Origin: a virus | Strand: one strand, 5' to 3' | Virus record (IMG/VR): IMGVR_UViG_3300019755_000002 | Span: 14,717 to 78,716 of that record | DNA length: 64,000 nt | Made by a program: the position numbers and the translations under genes | The notes under the pieces: generated by a model | What the model saw: only the letters and a program-made list of their open reading frames with translations | Database searches by the model: none | What the model was told of the DNA's origin: nothing | Shown: positions 1 through 8,850 of the stretch, in pieces | Numbering within the stretch: position 1 is the stretch's first letter | Layout: each line of letters starts with the position of its first letter

Positions 1-806
1 AACCTTTTGTAACAGCGGCAGAAGTGATTGATTGGTCAAAGCCTTGTCGATCAATCTTTGGTAGAAAAAAGCCCTTAGCTGAAAAGACGATGGCGCGTAT
101 CGCTAAGGGATTAGAAAAATTTGTGTTCAACAGCGTTAACCCTTTTGTGGTTCCTGAGGAATGCGTCGTCCCGTTTATAACCGAACATGCCAACGGTTCA
201 AGCCAGCGGAATATGCCTATAACAGAGCCGCTGAGAACTATTTGTGCACAAGTTAAGGGGGGGCATTTTGCTTTAGTTAATGCTTACATTGCTAAACACT
301 ATACGGGTGTTGACGGTTCAGATATTAAGACACCACTACACACAATAACAACGCAGGATCACAACGCGTTAGTAACAAGTCACATGATTAAGTTTAGGGA
401 CACAAACGTTGGGCATGAAACACGAGAGTCATTGCATACAATCTCGGCGGGTGATAATCATTTAGGAGAAGTACGAGCTTTCTTTATACAGTACTACGGT
501 GAAAGTGTTGGTCATGAGATAAATAGACCCTTAGGTACAATCACAACAAAAGATAGATTCGCATTAATAACCATTCGCGGTGAACAGTATCAAATTGTAG
601 ACATTGGTATGCGAATGCTTGAACCAGAAGAATTATTTGCCGCCCAAAGTTTCCCTGAGGATTATCAAATTGCTTATGACATGAATGGTAAAAAAATATC
701 TAAAGCGCGTCAGGTATCTCGTTGTGGTAATTCCGTCCCCCCTTTGGTTGCTAAAGAACTTATTTTAGCAAATCTTAGCGACCAACCTATGAAGGAGGCA
801 GCATAA
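1..806 (+). CDS. DNA cytosine-5 methyltransferase, C-terminal part (probably truncated by the window edge)
   Basis: Repeated 'PL.TIT..D' target-recognition repeats, 'DIGMRMLEPEELFAAQSFP' (motif IX) and 'GNSVPP' (motif X); motifs I-VIII absent, so the start is probably upstream of base 1. Confidence 0.85.
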   Translation, partial: PFVTAAEVIDWSKPCRSIFGRKKPLAEKTMARIAKGLEKFVFNSVNPFVVPEECVVPFITEHANGSSQRNMPITEPLRTICAQVKGGHFALVNAYIAKHYTGVDGSDIKTPLHTITTQDHNALVTSHMIKFRDTNVGHETRESLHTISAGDNHLGEVRAFFIQYYGESVGHEINRPLGTITTKDRFALITIRGEQYQIVDIGMRMLEPEELFAAQSFPEDYQIAYDMNGKKISKARQVSRCGNSVPPLVAKELILANLSDQPMKEAA

Positions 807-1057
807 TGATCACGACACTTGGAATATTTAAAACGTTCTTTTGGTACTTTAAATTTGTGGTACTGGTGGTTTTTGCTGTAGCGCTAGTGTCCCCCGTAAT
901 AGCCGCGTTATCAGGTGTAGTACTTTGTGCTGCGGGTTTTCAGTATAGCCAAGATGAAGTTGAGCAACGATTAGTCGGAGATTTCTGTCAGTGTGGCCTA
1001 CACTACGACCAACATGGTGGAGAGAATCACAATTTTATTTCAACCTATAGACGTTAA
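806..1057 (+). CDS. hypothetical membrane protein
   Basis: TAATG coupling to the methylase stop; hydrophobic N-terminal half. Confidence 0.5.
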   Translation: MITTLGIFKTFFWYFKFVVLVVFAVALVSPVIAALSGVVLCAAGFQYSQDEVEQRLVGDFCQCGLHYDQHGGENHNFISTYRR

Positions 1058-1108
1058 GTTTATTTCTTTCATAAGCTAGGCTACACTTACAATACAAGGT
1101 AATTATTT

Positions 1109-1333
1109 ATGAGTGTTATGAATAAACAAATTTACACGGCCCTAATTGAGGCTGGAGCAAGTCAGGACAATGCCGCTTCCGCAGCGGAGTCTGTTGCGGA
1201 TTATCAAAAGGATATTAGTGGCATTAACGAAAAACTGGCTTTAATTATTGGCGAACAAAAAGTTATAAAATGGGGTATAGGTCTTGTTATCGCTGTAAAT
1301 GTTCTCCCCGTTTTAAAGGATTTTTTTATCTGA
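1109..1333 (+). CDS. small coiled-coil membrane-anchored protein (DUF1640/CCDC90-like)
   Basis: 'YTALIEAGASQDNAASAAE' followed by a coiled coil and a C-terminal TM segment. Confidence 0.55.
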   Translation: MSVMNKQIYTALIEAGASQDNAASAAESVADYQKDISGINEKLALIIGEQKVIKWGIGLVIAVNVLPVLKDFFI

Positions 1334-1388
1334 ACTTGCTCTAGCTACACGCTAGGGCATTAATTAAACTAAAACTAGGATTGATGAT

Positions 1389-2156
1389 ATGACTATCAAA
1401 CACATGACCTTCATGGTCGCCCCCGTATTTAAAAACAACCTCGGCATTCACTTTACCAAAGCACCACTGCAAGGTGTTGATAATAACGCGTGGTATGAAC
1501 TTGGCCCCGAAGGTACGCCTTTACTTCCTAAAATTCAGTCGCTACTTATTGGTGCTAATCTTGCCGAGGAAATAGTAGACATTGAGCAAAGAAACTCAAC
1601 AGACTATATTGTTAGTTACAGACCGATGCCCGAAAATTTTCACTCCACCCTTACACCTAAAGGTTGGGAAATTGTTGAAAAGCCGCCTTTAACCGAGGAA
1701 CAACTACTTGAACCATTTATGGTTATGTCCGACGAAGATAAAAGTCTATTGCTTGAGAATACCGACCTCCTTAGCCTATTACTTCGAGACTACGACTCTG
1801 AAGGTTTTGCTAAATTACTGGTAAATCAAGGCTTAGAAAACGCTAAAAACGAATTCTTTGGCTATCCTGAAACCTTAGAAATGGCACTAAAACACACAAC
1901 CTTAAAGGCGGAGGAAATAGCCCCATTATTATGTGAGCATCTAAACATTGCCGAAATACTGTCTTCACCAGAGAAAGACCTTCAAGCGGAATTAGCTTCT
2001 TTAGGTTATGAATGGGTGAAAGAACAATTTGATATTTCAACAGAAGACTTGATCGAAGAGATTAAATCACGCTATCATAAGCATGACCTTGTTGCTAAAG
2101 ACTTTATTCTTAGCCTTGAACAAAAACAACGTACAGCGCTACTTATTAGTGCTTAA
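1389..2156 (+). CDS. hypothetical protein
   Basis: 255-aa ORF; ATG directly follows GGATTGATGAT (1378-1388). Confidence 0.75.
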   Translation: MTIKHMTFMVAPVFKNNLGIHFTKAPLQGVDNNAWYELGPEGTPLLPKIQSLLIGANLAEEIVDIEQRNSTDYIVSYRPMPENFHSTLTPKGWEIVEKPPLTEEQLLEPFMVMSDEDKSLLLENTDLLSLLLRDYDSEGFAKLLVNQGLENAKNEFFGYPETLEMALKHTTLKAEEIAPLLCEHLNIAEILSSPEKDLQAELASLGYEWVKEQFDISTEDLIEEIKSRYHKHDLVAKDFILSLEQKQRTALLISA

Positions 2157-2182
2157 TTAAACTAAAAACTGGATTGACGACT

Positions 2183-2302
2183 ATGAACCACTCCCCCCTA
2201 TTTTGGGCCTCTTGCCCTAAAAGTGTTAAAAGACCTAAAAGCGTTAAAAACGAAAACTCAGCACAAAAACGCACAGCACACCCTTTTCACCCACCCTAAC
2301 TA
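2183..2302 (+). CDS. possible short ORF (~38 aa)
   Basis: ATG follows GGATTGACGAC (2171-2181); below the ORF-track cutoff; end approximate. Confidence 0.3.
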
Positions 2303-2315
2303 ATGAGGTATTTTC

Positions 2316-2543
2316 ATGCTCAAAACCGTTAGATCCAATATAGCGTTAATTCAAAACATAGCTCAAAAAATGCTTACTTCAAAAGGAAAGTATGTCGTAG
2401 TAGACCGAAAGCGATACGACTATAAAGGCTTTTTATCACTTATTGGACAAACAAAAAATCAAGCCGATAAAAGTGGCTTAGAATTAAAAGGCTTAAATAT
2501 GTTATATGAAAAATATAAGACACAAATACTAGCCGAAGTATAA
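2316..2543 (+). CDS. hypothetical protein
   Basis: 75-aa ORF with GAGG RBS. Confidence 0.6.
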   Translation: MLKTVRSNIALIQNIAQKMLTSKGKYVVVDRKRYDYKGFLSLIGQTKNQADKSGLELKGLNMLYEKYKTQILAEV

Positions 2544-2593
2544 ACCTCTAAGGGCTGACTCAGCCCTTAGCAATTAAAAGATGGATTGACGAT

Positions 2594-3295
2594 ATGACTA
2601 AGAACAAAGAACAAGCAGCAATACCTTGTTTTGGGCTTCACAAAGCACCAAACAATTTGTATTACTTATTTCAAGACACCAACCCCTCGGGTTTTGATTT
2701 TTTAGGTACGGGCCTAAAGTCAGGTCTAAACAGCGCTATGATATCGGGGAAATGTCCTCATATTATGAACCCGTACCTTCGTCAAAGAAGTGTACCAAGA
2801 AGACACAACCAAGCCTTTGAACTAATTTCAGCCGACCCGTTAGTTAAAGTGATGTCTCCGTTCCCTTCTGAGTTTAAAGAAGGAAAGATATTTCAACTTC
2901 GAGCGGATAAATTACGCTACGCCTTAACATGGTTAAAAACCCTTGAACGTTTAAGTTCACCCAGTTACAGCCAAGTAATTAATTTAAGTAGTCAATCAAA
3001 AGGTTATATAAAACGAGCACTAGGGCATACAAACATTCAACCTATGGCACTAACAGGAGTCCATTTAAGTGATGTTTCAGTAATTAATGAAATCTTAGCA
3101 ACGGCGGAAAAAAGCCCGCGTACGTTATTGCTTGTTTCCGATTTTCATATTGATGATATTCCCGAAATAGACACTAAATTACCAGAACTAATCGACTTGA
3201 ATGACCTAGTAACACTGTCACTAGAGCATATCGGCGTTAGGTTAATAGACCAATTTATCAAAGGTGGGAGTTTACCATGGCAAAAGGCCGCATAA
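2594..3295 (+). CDS. hypothetical protein
   Basis: 233-aa ORF; ATG directly follows GGATTGACGAT (2583-2593). Confidence 0.75.
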   Translation: MTKNKEQAAIPCFGLHKAPNNLYYLFQDTNPSGFDFLGTGLKSGLNSAMISGKCPHIMNPYLRQRSVPRRHNQAFELISADPLVKVMSPFPSEFKEGKIFQLRADKLRYALTWLKTLERLSSPSYSQVINLSSQSKGYIKRALGHTNIQPMALTGVHLSDVSVINEILATAEKSPRTLLLVSDFHIDDIPEIDTKLPELIDLNDLVTLSLEHIGVRLIDQFIKGGSLPWQKAA

Positions 3296-3822
3296 CTGAA
3301 AGTGGCCTGCCAAGTGTTTGGCCGACAATACTTAGTAATCAAGAACGGGTTAAGCGTTTTTTGGATGTGTATCATAAAAACAGAGCACTGGGCATTACCC
3401 AGAATGATATTACGGCCCGAGACATGGGGCTAAATAGAAGCACAGTGTCAAAACAGATGGCCGACCCGTCGATTCTTTTTACGCTTAAATATTGTTATTT
3501 GTATGAATTAGATCCACTAGAAATATTCCCCGAATTAATCTGGTTAAGAGATCGTTGGTTGAAAGAGTTCCAAGACCATTTAGAGCTTTTAAAACAAGCA
3601 GCGCAGTTAAAAAACCCGAGCCTCATTATTGAGTTGGTAGAAGCGTGTGAATATGGTTTAAGTCTTTATCTTAGCCCAGAATTGATTGGTGAAATGAAAA
3701 AACTTCGGGGTGAAGCGATTAATACCTTGGCTTTGGCAAAAAAAGGACAAAGCAGACGTAAAAAGCATGAAACGAGGTTAGAGGCGAGGTTAAGACAAAA
3801 TGAAGAAAGTGCTAATACCTAA
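3277..3822 (+). CDS. putative HTH DNA-binding protein
   Basis: 'GITQNDITARDMGLNRSTVSK' resembles an XRE-type HTH; overlaps both neighbours as in an operon. Confidence 0.5.
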   Translation: MAKGRITESGLPSVWPTILSNQERVKRFLDVYHKNRALGITQNDITARDMGLNRSTVSKQMADPSILFTLKYCYLYELDPLEIFPELIWLRDRWLKEFQDHLELLKQAAQLKNPSLIIELVEACEYGLSLYLSPELIGEMKKLRGEAINTLALAKKGQSRRKKHETRLEARLRQNEESANT

Positions 3823-5269
3823 ACAACCTATAAACAATGGGCTTATTGACTTTGACCAAGTTCAGCTTGATCGTGAAGGACTAACACTTAGACCTTACCA
3901 AGGTGAACACTTAGGCTTCTTCTTAAATGAACATCGAGCTATTGACCGAAGTGAGGCGGGTACGGGTAAAACACCTAAAATGTGTCTTTGGTTATACACC
4001 TTAACCAAGTCAGGTGATAAAGCAGTTTGGGCTATGCCTAAGTCGTTGTTAGCAAAAAATTATGAAGAACTTTTGTTGTGGAGCAATTTAACACCAGAAC
4101 AAATTACGCTAGTGGATGGTACACCCGAACAGCGTAAGAAACAGATTGAGCGAAGGTCAACCAAAGTATTCATCATGGGATTTGATGCTTTTGCCAATAA
4201 TTGGTCTGCAATGAGACAGGTTCATCCTACGTTGGTTCATCTCTGTGTGGACGAATTACATAAAGGCTTTAGTACGCATGGTGAACGTAATTGGAAAGAC
4301 CCAAATAAATTCTTTGGCCCTAAAAGAACGGCGCTCATGTATGAGTTCCTTAAAAAAGGAGGGGGGTTCTTCCCCAATACGGGAACGATATTAAATGGGC
4401 GATTAAATTCCGCCTATCCAGCCATCACCATGATTGAGCCTAGATACTATGGCTCGCATAACGCTTTTCTTGATTGGCATTCTATTCGAGACGATTGGGG
4501 TAATCCAGTTATGTGGAAAAACCACGACAGACTTAAAGAAATTTTAGATAGGCACGGTCGTCGTATTACCTTTGAAGAGGCCTATGGTGAAGAGAACAAG
4601 CAAATCATCACCATTCCTTGTGTGCTGAGTGCTAGTCAACTTAAGCCCTACAAAGAACTTGAAAAAAGAGCGATAACCGAGTTAGAGAACGGTGACATGC
4701 TTGAAGCCGCTAATGAAGCGGGTGTGCTTCGTCGTTGCCTTGAAATTATGCAAGTTCCAGAAAAGTACGGTTTCAAGGAAGGTAGTGAGGGAAAATTAGC
4801 CCAACTAGTAAACATGCTTGAAGATGCCCGTGACGAAAAACAACCCTTACTTATTTTTGAAACCGTTAAAGCAGCACAATATAAATGGAAGGACGCGGCT
4901 GTAGAGCTTGGGTTAGTGGTCGAAGTAATGAACGGTGACGTTAGCGGTGAGCCTAGAATGTGGCTAGATAAAAACTTTAGAGACGGGAAAATCGACGTGC
5001 TTATTTGTTCGCCAGATGTTGCGGGTGTTGGTTTTAACTGGGGTCACGTTAATAGGATGATTTTTATGAGTTTGGATTGGCAAGACACCACTTTCATACA
5101 AAATTATCGTCGTGCTATTCGTGGTAAGCGCGAACTTTGCTTACTTATTTACGTGTTTATGTACCGTTCATCTATTGATGGGCGTATTGCAGGAAAGGTT
5201 AACGCCAAGTCTATAGACCGATTAAAGGTTGAAGAAGGTGTTTCAGTACAAATTAGAATAACAAATTAG
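3800..5269 (+). CDS. SF2 (SNF2/DEAD-like) helicase
   Basis: 'LRPYQ' Q-motif, Walker A 'GTGKT', 'DELH', 'TGT', 'GVGFN', 'QNYRRAIR'. Confidence 0.85.
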   Translation: MKKVLIPKQPINNGLIDFDQVQLDREGLTLRPYQGEHLGFFLNEHRAIDRSEAGTGKTPKMCLWLYTLTKSGDKAVWAMPKSLLAKNYEELLLWSNLTPEQITLVDGTPEQRKKQIERRSTKVFIMGFDAFANNWSAMRQVHPTLVHLCVDELHKGFSTHGERNWKDPNKFFGPKRTALMYEFLKKGGGFFPNTGTILNGRLNSAYPAITMIEPRYYGSHNAFLDWHSIRDDWGNPVMWKNHDRLKEILDRHGRRITFEEAYGEENKQIITIPCVLSASQLKPYKELEKRAITELENGDMLEAANEAGVLRRCLEIMQVPEKYGFKEGSEGKLAQLVNMLEDARDEKQPLLIFETVKAAQYKWKDAAVELGLVVEVMNGDVSGEPRMWLDKNFRDGKIDVLICSPDVAGVGFNWGHVNRMIFMSLDWQDTTFIQNYRRAIRGKRELCLLIYVFMYRSSIDGRIAGKVNAKSIDRLKVEEGVSVQIRITN

Positions 5270-6617
5270 GTTCTATTATGAAAAAGAGTATTTTAAATAA
5301 TCCTGAATATGACGAGCAAGTTATGCAACAAATAGCTAGCGAATCCGAAACGTTTAGGTATCTTCTTGAGGGGATGGTTAAAGACACCGACAGTGAACTC
5401 CCTACTAATGAAGCTTGGCTCGGGACGCTGTCCTTGGGTAAGAAAAAAGCGCATACACAAGTAAAGCTTGTTGTTACCCAAGAAACCAAAAATCTTATTG
5501 ATGAGAATTAAATTATGAGTGAATTTACATATACTTTTGGCGCTATATTAGGCCAGCAAAATGGTCGCCCCTTTTATCAAGCTACAGTGCCTTTTAGAAC
5601 GTTAGCTTCAATGCTGAAACTTGACGAGGATTTTGACGTCAATAAACGCTCTCAGCGCTTGGTTGATACTACCAGAGCCAAAAAAGTAGCTAAATATTTA
5701 CATAAGAATATAAATGGCTTTTTTGTAATTCCTCCGCTTGTCGGTTTTATTGAGGGGGATTTTGAATTTGAGTCTGTGCCGATTGATGGGTTTGGTAACG
5801 TTGGTCGAATGAAAGTTGATTTGGATGCTAGATTTATGTTGTTTGATGGCCAGCACAGAGCTTTTGGTATACGGGAGGCAATGGCGTTAGCCCCTGAACT
5901 TGGCCAGCAAAACGTGTCGATTATGTTCTTTGCGGGCATGAGCTTAAGTGAAAGACAACAAGCTTTCCACGACATTAATTTCACTCAAAAAACACCCGCC
6001 GCAGCACTTTGCATTGCTTACAATAGTCGTAGTGACTTTGACAAGATGGTTACAGACACATTCAGCAAATCCAGTATCAGAGGTATTATTGAATATGAAA
6101 AGAATACCGCTAGCGGCAAAAGCAATAAAATATATTCACTCAAAACATTAAAAGATTTTGCTACAAACTTTTGCGGTAAAGATATTCAAGAAAATACGCA
6201 ACAACTATTAGCTGAGTATATTAAGGGCTTATTTACAACAGTTAATATACCTGCTCATTTATCTAGAATTGAAGCTGATAGAAGGGAGTTATTAAGGCAC
6301 GGTTTTGTTTGCGCTAAGTATTACCGTGAAAACTATATATTACCTCATGCGGTAACACTGAAAGCATTAGGTTTGCTAGGTAGAGCTTTACTTAGCGAAC
6401 ACCCATACGATTGGCATCAAAAGCTAGAGGCTATTGGTAATATAAGCGTATTCGATAAACATGCTGAGCATTGGCTTGGCCGTTGCGTTAATGAACGTGA
6501 AAAAATGGTTAGTAACCAATTAGCCGTTCGTCTGACTTTTTACAAACTAAAAGAACTCTGCGGTTTAGCGCTAGCACCCGAAGAAAAAGTAGAAGAAGGT
6601 GTTTTCAGTACAAATTA
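5231..6617 (+). repeat. ~25-bp direct repeat pair (5231-5255 and 6592-6617) flanking the DndB module
   Basis: GAAGAAGGTGTTTCAGTACAAATTA versus GAAGAAGGTGTTTTCAGTACAAATTA. Confidence 0.85.
5278..5511 (+). CDS. hypothetical protein
   Basis: 77-aa ORF between the helicase and the DGQHR gene. Confidence 0.65.
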   Translation: MKKSILNNPEYDEQVMQQIASESETFRYLLEGMVKDTDSELPTNEAWLGTLSLGKKKAHTQVKLVVTQETKNLIDEN

Positions 6618-6618
6618 A
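5515..6618 (+). CDS. DndB-like DGQHR-domain protein
   Basis: 'RSQR', 'RAKKVAKY', 'FDGQHR', 'QQAFHDIN'. Confidence 0.85.
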   Translation: MSEFTYTFGAILGQQNGRPFYQATVPFRTLASMLKLDEDFDVNKRSQRLVDTTRAKKVAKYLHKNINGFFVIPPLVGFIEGDFEFESVPIDGFGNVGRMKVDLDARFMLFDGQHRAFGIREAMALAPELGQQNVSIMFFAGMSLSERQQAFHDINFTQKTPAAALCIAYNSRSDFDKMVTDTFSKSSIRGIIEYEKNTASGKSNKIYSLKTLKDFATNFCGKDIQENTQQLLAEYIKGLFTTVNIPAHLSRIEADRRELLRHGFVCAKYYRENYILPHAVTLKALGLLGRALLSEHPYDWHQKLEAIGNISVFDKHAEHWLGRCVNEREKMVSNQLAVRLTFYKLKELCGLALAPEEKVEEGVFSTN

Positions 6619-6667
6619 AATAACGAACTAAAAACCCACGACACCAATTACACAAAGGTAGGAATGA

Positions 6668-6829
6668 ATGATGTCTAAAAAAGATAAACCCCTATGCGCT
6701 GTTAACGGGTGCTTTAAGTTCGGGAAGTTGATGGGGATATGTAAGTATTCTTCTGTCGGTGAACCAACTCGATGCATGGCTCACGACAATAAGAAGTGTG
6801 AGCATAAAATTCCAGTTACACAAAGGTAG
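6668..6829 (+). CDS. small Cys-rich hypothetical protein (53 aa)
   Basis: Hand translation MMSKKDKPLCAVNGCFK...CEHKIPVTQR*; bounded by identical 16-bp repeats. Confidence 0.6.
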   Translation: MMSKKDKPLCAVNGCFKFGKLMGICKYSSVGEPTRCMAHDNKKCEHKIPVTQR

Positions 6830-6839
6830 GATTTTAAAG

Positions 6840-7202
6840 ATGTTAGATGCGAATGCGAGATACCTTCCTAAGGGGATTAAATTTTTTGTACGAGGTCATG
6901 TTAGTGAAGACAGTGAGCTTATTGGCTTAGGTGTTAAATCCCACCATTACTATCTGTGCAAAATGATGGATAACTCTAATGCGAATCCAAGATTTAGCAT
7001 AAAAGTTGACGGTAAAGTTCACGTAGTTAAATACAAATGCGATTACTCATTCCTAGTGTACCAAGGCACACCAAACGGCAGAGGCTTTATTCGTGATAAG
7101 GCTAAGAAAGCATGTGAACAGGTTGTTGGTGGTTTTAACAACACCTATTGGGAACGACATACTAAAACAAGAATAGAAACTTGGAGAAGAAAATGTTCTT
7201 AA
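6840..7202 (+). CDS. hypothetical protein
   Basis: Start moved to ATG 6840, after the TAGGA RBS. Confidence 0.6.
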   Translation: MLDANARYLPKGIKFFVRGHVSEDSELIGLGVKSHHYYLCKMMDNSNANPRFSIKVDGKVHVVKYKCDYSFLVYQGTPNGRGFIRDKAKKACEQVVGGFNNTYWERHTKTRIETWRRKCS

Positions 7203-7399
7203 TTGAAAACGAAAAAGGCTCTTTTATTGATGCAGAAAAAATCGACACAATTAACGTGAATGGCGGGAAAATTACTTTTTCAGTGGTTGGTGATAGTGAG
7301 AACTCGTATTCTGTTTCTAAAGCTTACGAGGAGGTATTCCTTAAACACCTTAAGACATTAAACAACAACAGAGCATGTAACGTTGTTACATCGAAGTAG
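7193..7399 (+). CDS. hypothetical protein
   Basis: GGAG RBS before ATG 7193; stop lies in a junction repeat. Confidence 0.6.
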   Translation: MFLIENEKGSFIDAEKIDTINVNGGKITFSVVGDSENSYSVSKAYEEVFLKHLKTLNNNRACNVVTSK

Positions 7400-7401
7400 G
7401 A

Positions 7402-7932
7402 ATGAGTATGACAACCCTAAAACAATTAGAACAAACACCCGTTTTAGATGCTTGCTGTGGGTCTCGCATGATGTGGTTTGATAAGTCGAATCCGTTAGCA
7501 ACTTTTTGTGATATTCGCCAAGAAACGATAACTGTCACAGATAGAACACATCGACCAGACGGTACTCGTACAATTGAAATCAAACCAGACTCAATAAACG
7601 ACTTTAGGGATATGCCTTTCTCGGAAAACAGCTTTAATCTTGTTGCGTTTGATCCCCCACACTTAGAGCGAGCGGGGAATAAAAGTTGGTTAGCTGCCAA
7701 ATATGGCAAGCTAAGTGATAACTGGCGTGAGGATTTGAGCCAAGGTTTCTCCGAGTGTTTTCGAGTATTAAAGCCAGGTGGAACTCTGGTTTTTAAATGG
7801 AACGAAACACAGATAAAAGTTAGTGAAATAATTAAACTATCACCATTCCCTCCTCTATTTGGTCAAGTATCTGGTCGTAAGGGCATGACTCATTGGTTGG
7901 TGTTTATGAAACCAGTTGTGGCCACAAACTAA
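7402..7932 (+). CDS. SAM-dependent (amino/N6A-type) methyltransferase
   Basis: 'VLDACCGSRMMWFDK', 'FDPPH', 'ECFRVLKPGG'. Confidence 0.85.
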   Translation: MSMTTLKQLEQTPVLDACCGSRMMWFDKSNPLATFCDIRQETITVTDRTHRPDGTRTIEIKPDSINDFRDMPFSENSFNLVAFDPPHLERAGNKSWLAAKYGKLSDNWREDLSQGFSECFRVLKPGGTLVFKWNETQIKVSEIIKLSPFPPLFGQVSGRKGMTHWLVFMKPVVATN

Positions 7933-7942
7933 GGAATAAAGA

Positions 7943-8194
7943 ATGCTAGAGGGTACATTACATGCGCGAGAAGACAACAATATGTCCTTATCTTGTTCTG
8001 GCTATATGGCTATTACAGAAGGAAAAATCACCGAAGTCTCTTTTAAAGGTATGGCGCGAACTGGCGGTCGTGACGCTTGGGTTACGGCTTTTGAGAACGC
8101 TAAGATTGGTGATGAAGTTAGACAGTCTATCATTGATTGGGTTATAAGCTTTAACGGACACAACAACGTGGTCGCAAAATTCACACCACAGTAG
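7943..8194 (+). CDS. hypothetical protein
   Basis: AAGGA RBS; stop lies in a junction repeat. Confidence 0.6.
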   Translation: MLEGTLHAREDNNMSLSCSGYMAITEGKITEVSFKGMARTGGRDAWVTAFENAKIGDEVRQSIIDWVISFNGHNNVVAKFTPQ

Positions 8195-8203
8195 GATTTG
8201 AAT

Positions 8204-8383
8204 ATGGTTACAGGAATAAGTTTGGATGATGGGTCTTACGTAGAGATCACACAGATTGCGTATGTAAAACCAGATGTTAGGAATTGGTGCAAAGTTGTTT
8301 TAAAAAATGGCTTTGAGTTTGAATGTCAGTCTTACGACAGAATAAAGGCGGCACTTGCTGCTTATAAATCTTCACCAAAGTAG
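8204..8383 (+). CDS. hypothetical protein
   Basis: TAGGA RBS supplied by one repeat; stop lies in the next repeat. Confidence 0.6.
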   Translation: MVTGISLDDGSYVEITQIAYVKPDVRNWCKVVLKNGFEFECQSYDRIKAALAAYKSSPK

Positions 8384-8423
8384 GATTTAAGTAACTTTTC
8401 AAAGTAGACGGAGAAAAACAAAA

Positions 8424-8693
8424 ATGATTAAAGCAGAATCTTTTGCCATTGCCATGATCTCAGGCTTGGTAAAACAACTAGAAGTTAATGAGTCAAGTTC
8501 AGAAGTAGATAAAATGAAGTTTGCTTGCGAGCGTATTCATTTTGAATACTTAAACTCACCACCAGAAATACGTTTAGAACTTTTAAACAACATGAATGTA
8601 GAGTTATTAGAAATACAGGCTTGGTGCACGGCGCAAGAAAAGGATATAAGTTTAGCAATAACAACACTTGAAAGCCAAGAGAAACAAGACTAA
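8424..8693 (+). CDS. hypothetical protein
   Basis: 89-aa ORF with GGAG RBS. Confidence 0.6.
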   Translation: MIKAESFAIAMISGLVKQLEVNESSSEVDKMKFACERIHFEYLNSPPEIRLELLNNMNVELLEIQAWCTAQEKDISLAITTLESQEKQD

Positions 8694-8850
8694 ACTAACC
8701 AAGGTCAGGATTACAAGTCCTGACCTTGGGTGATAATTTACCCCTAAGCGACAACGTTTAGGGGTGTATTAACACCCTCACAATTTGGATTGACGATACT
8801 AACCAGATTGAGAGTTAAATCTTAATCAATTAATCGAAAAGGTATACCCC

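Larger units (their letters stand above)
6648..8385 (+). repeat. dispersed 16-bp gene-junction repeats, consensus roughly (T)YACA-N5-GTAGGA
   Basis: 6648-6663 and 6816-6831 are identical (TTACACAAAGGTAGGA); variants at 7386-7401, 8181-8196, 8370-8385; weaker copy near 7920-7935. Confidence 0.7.
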
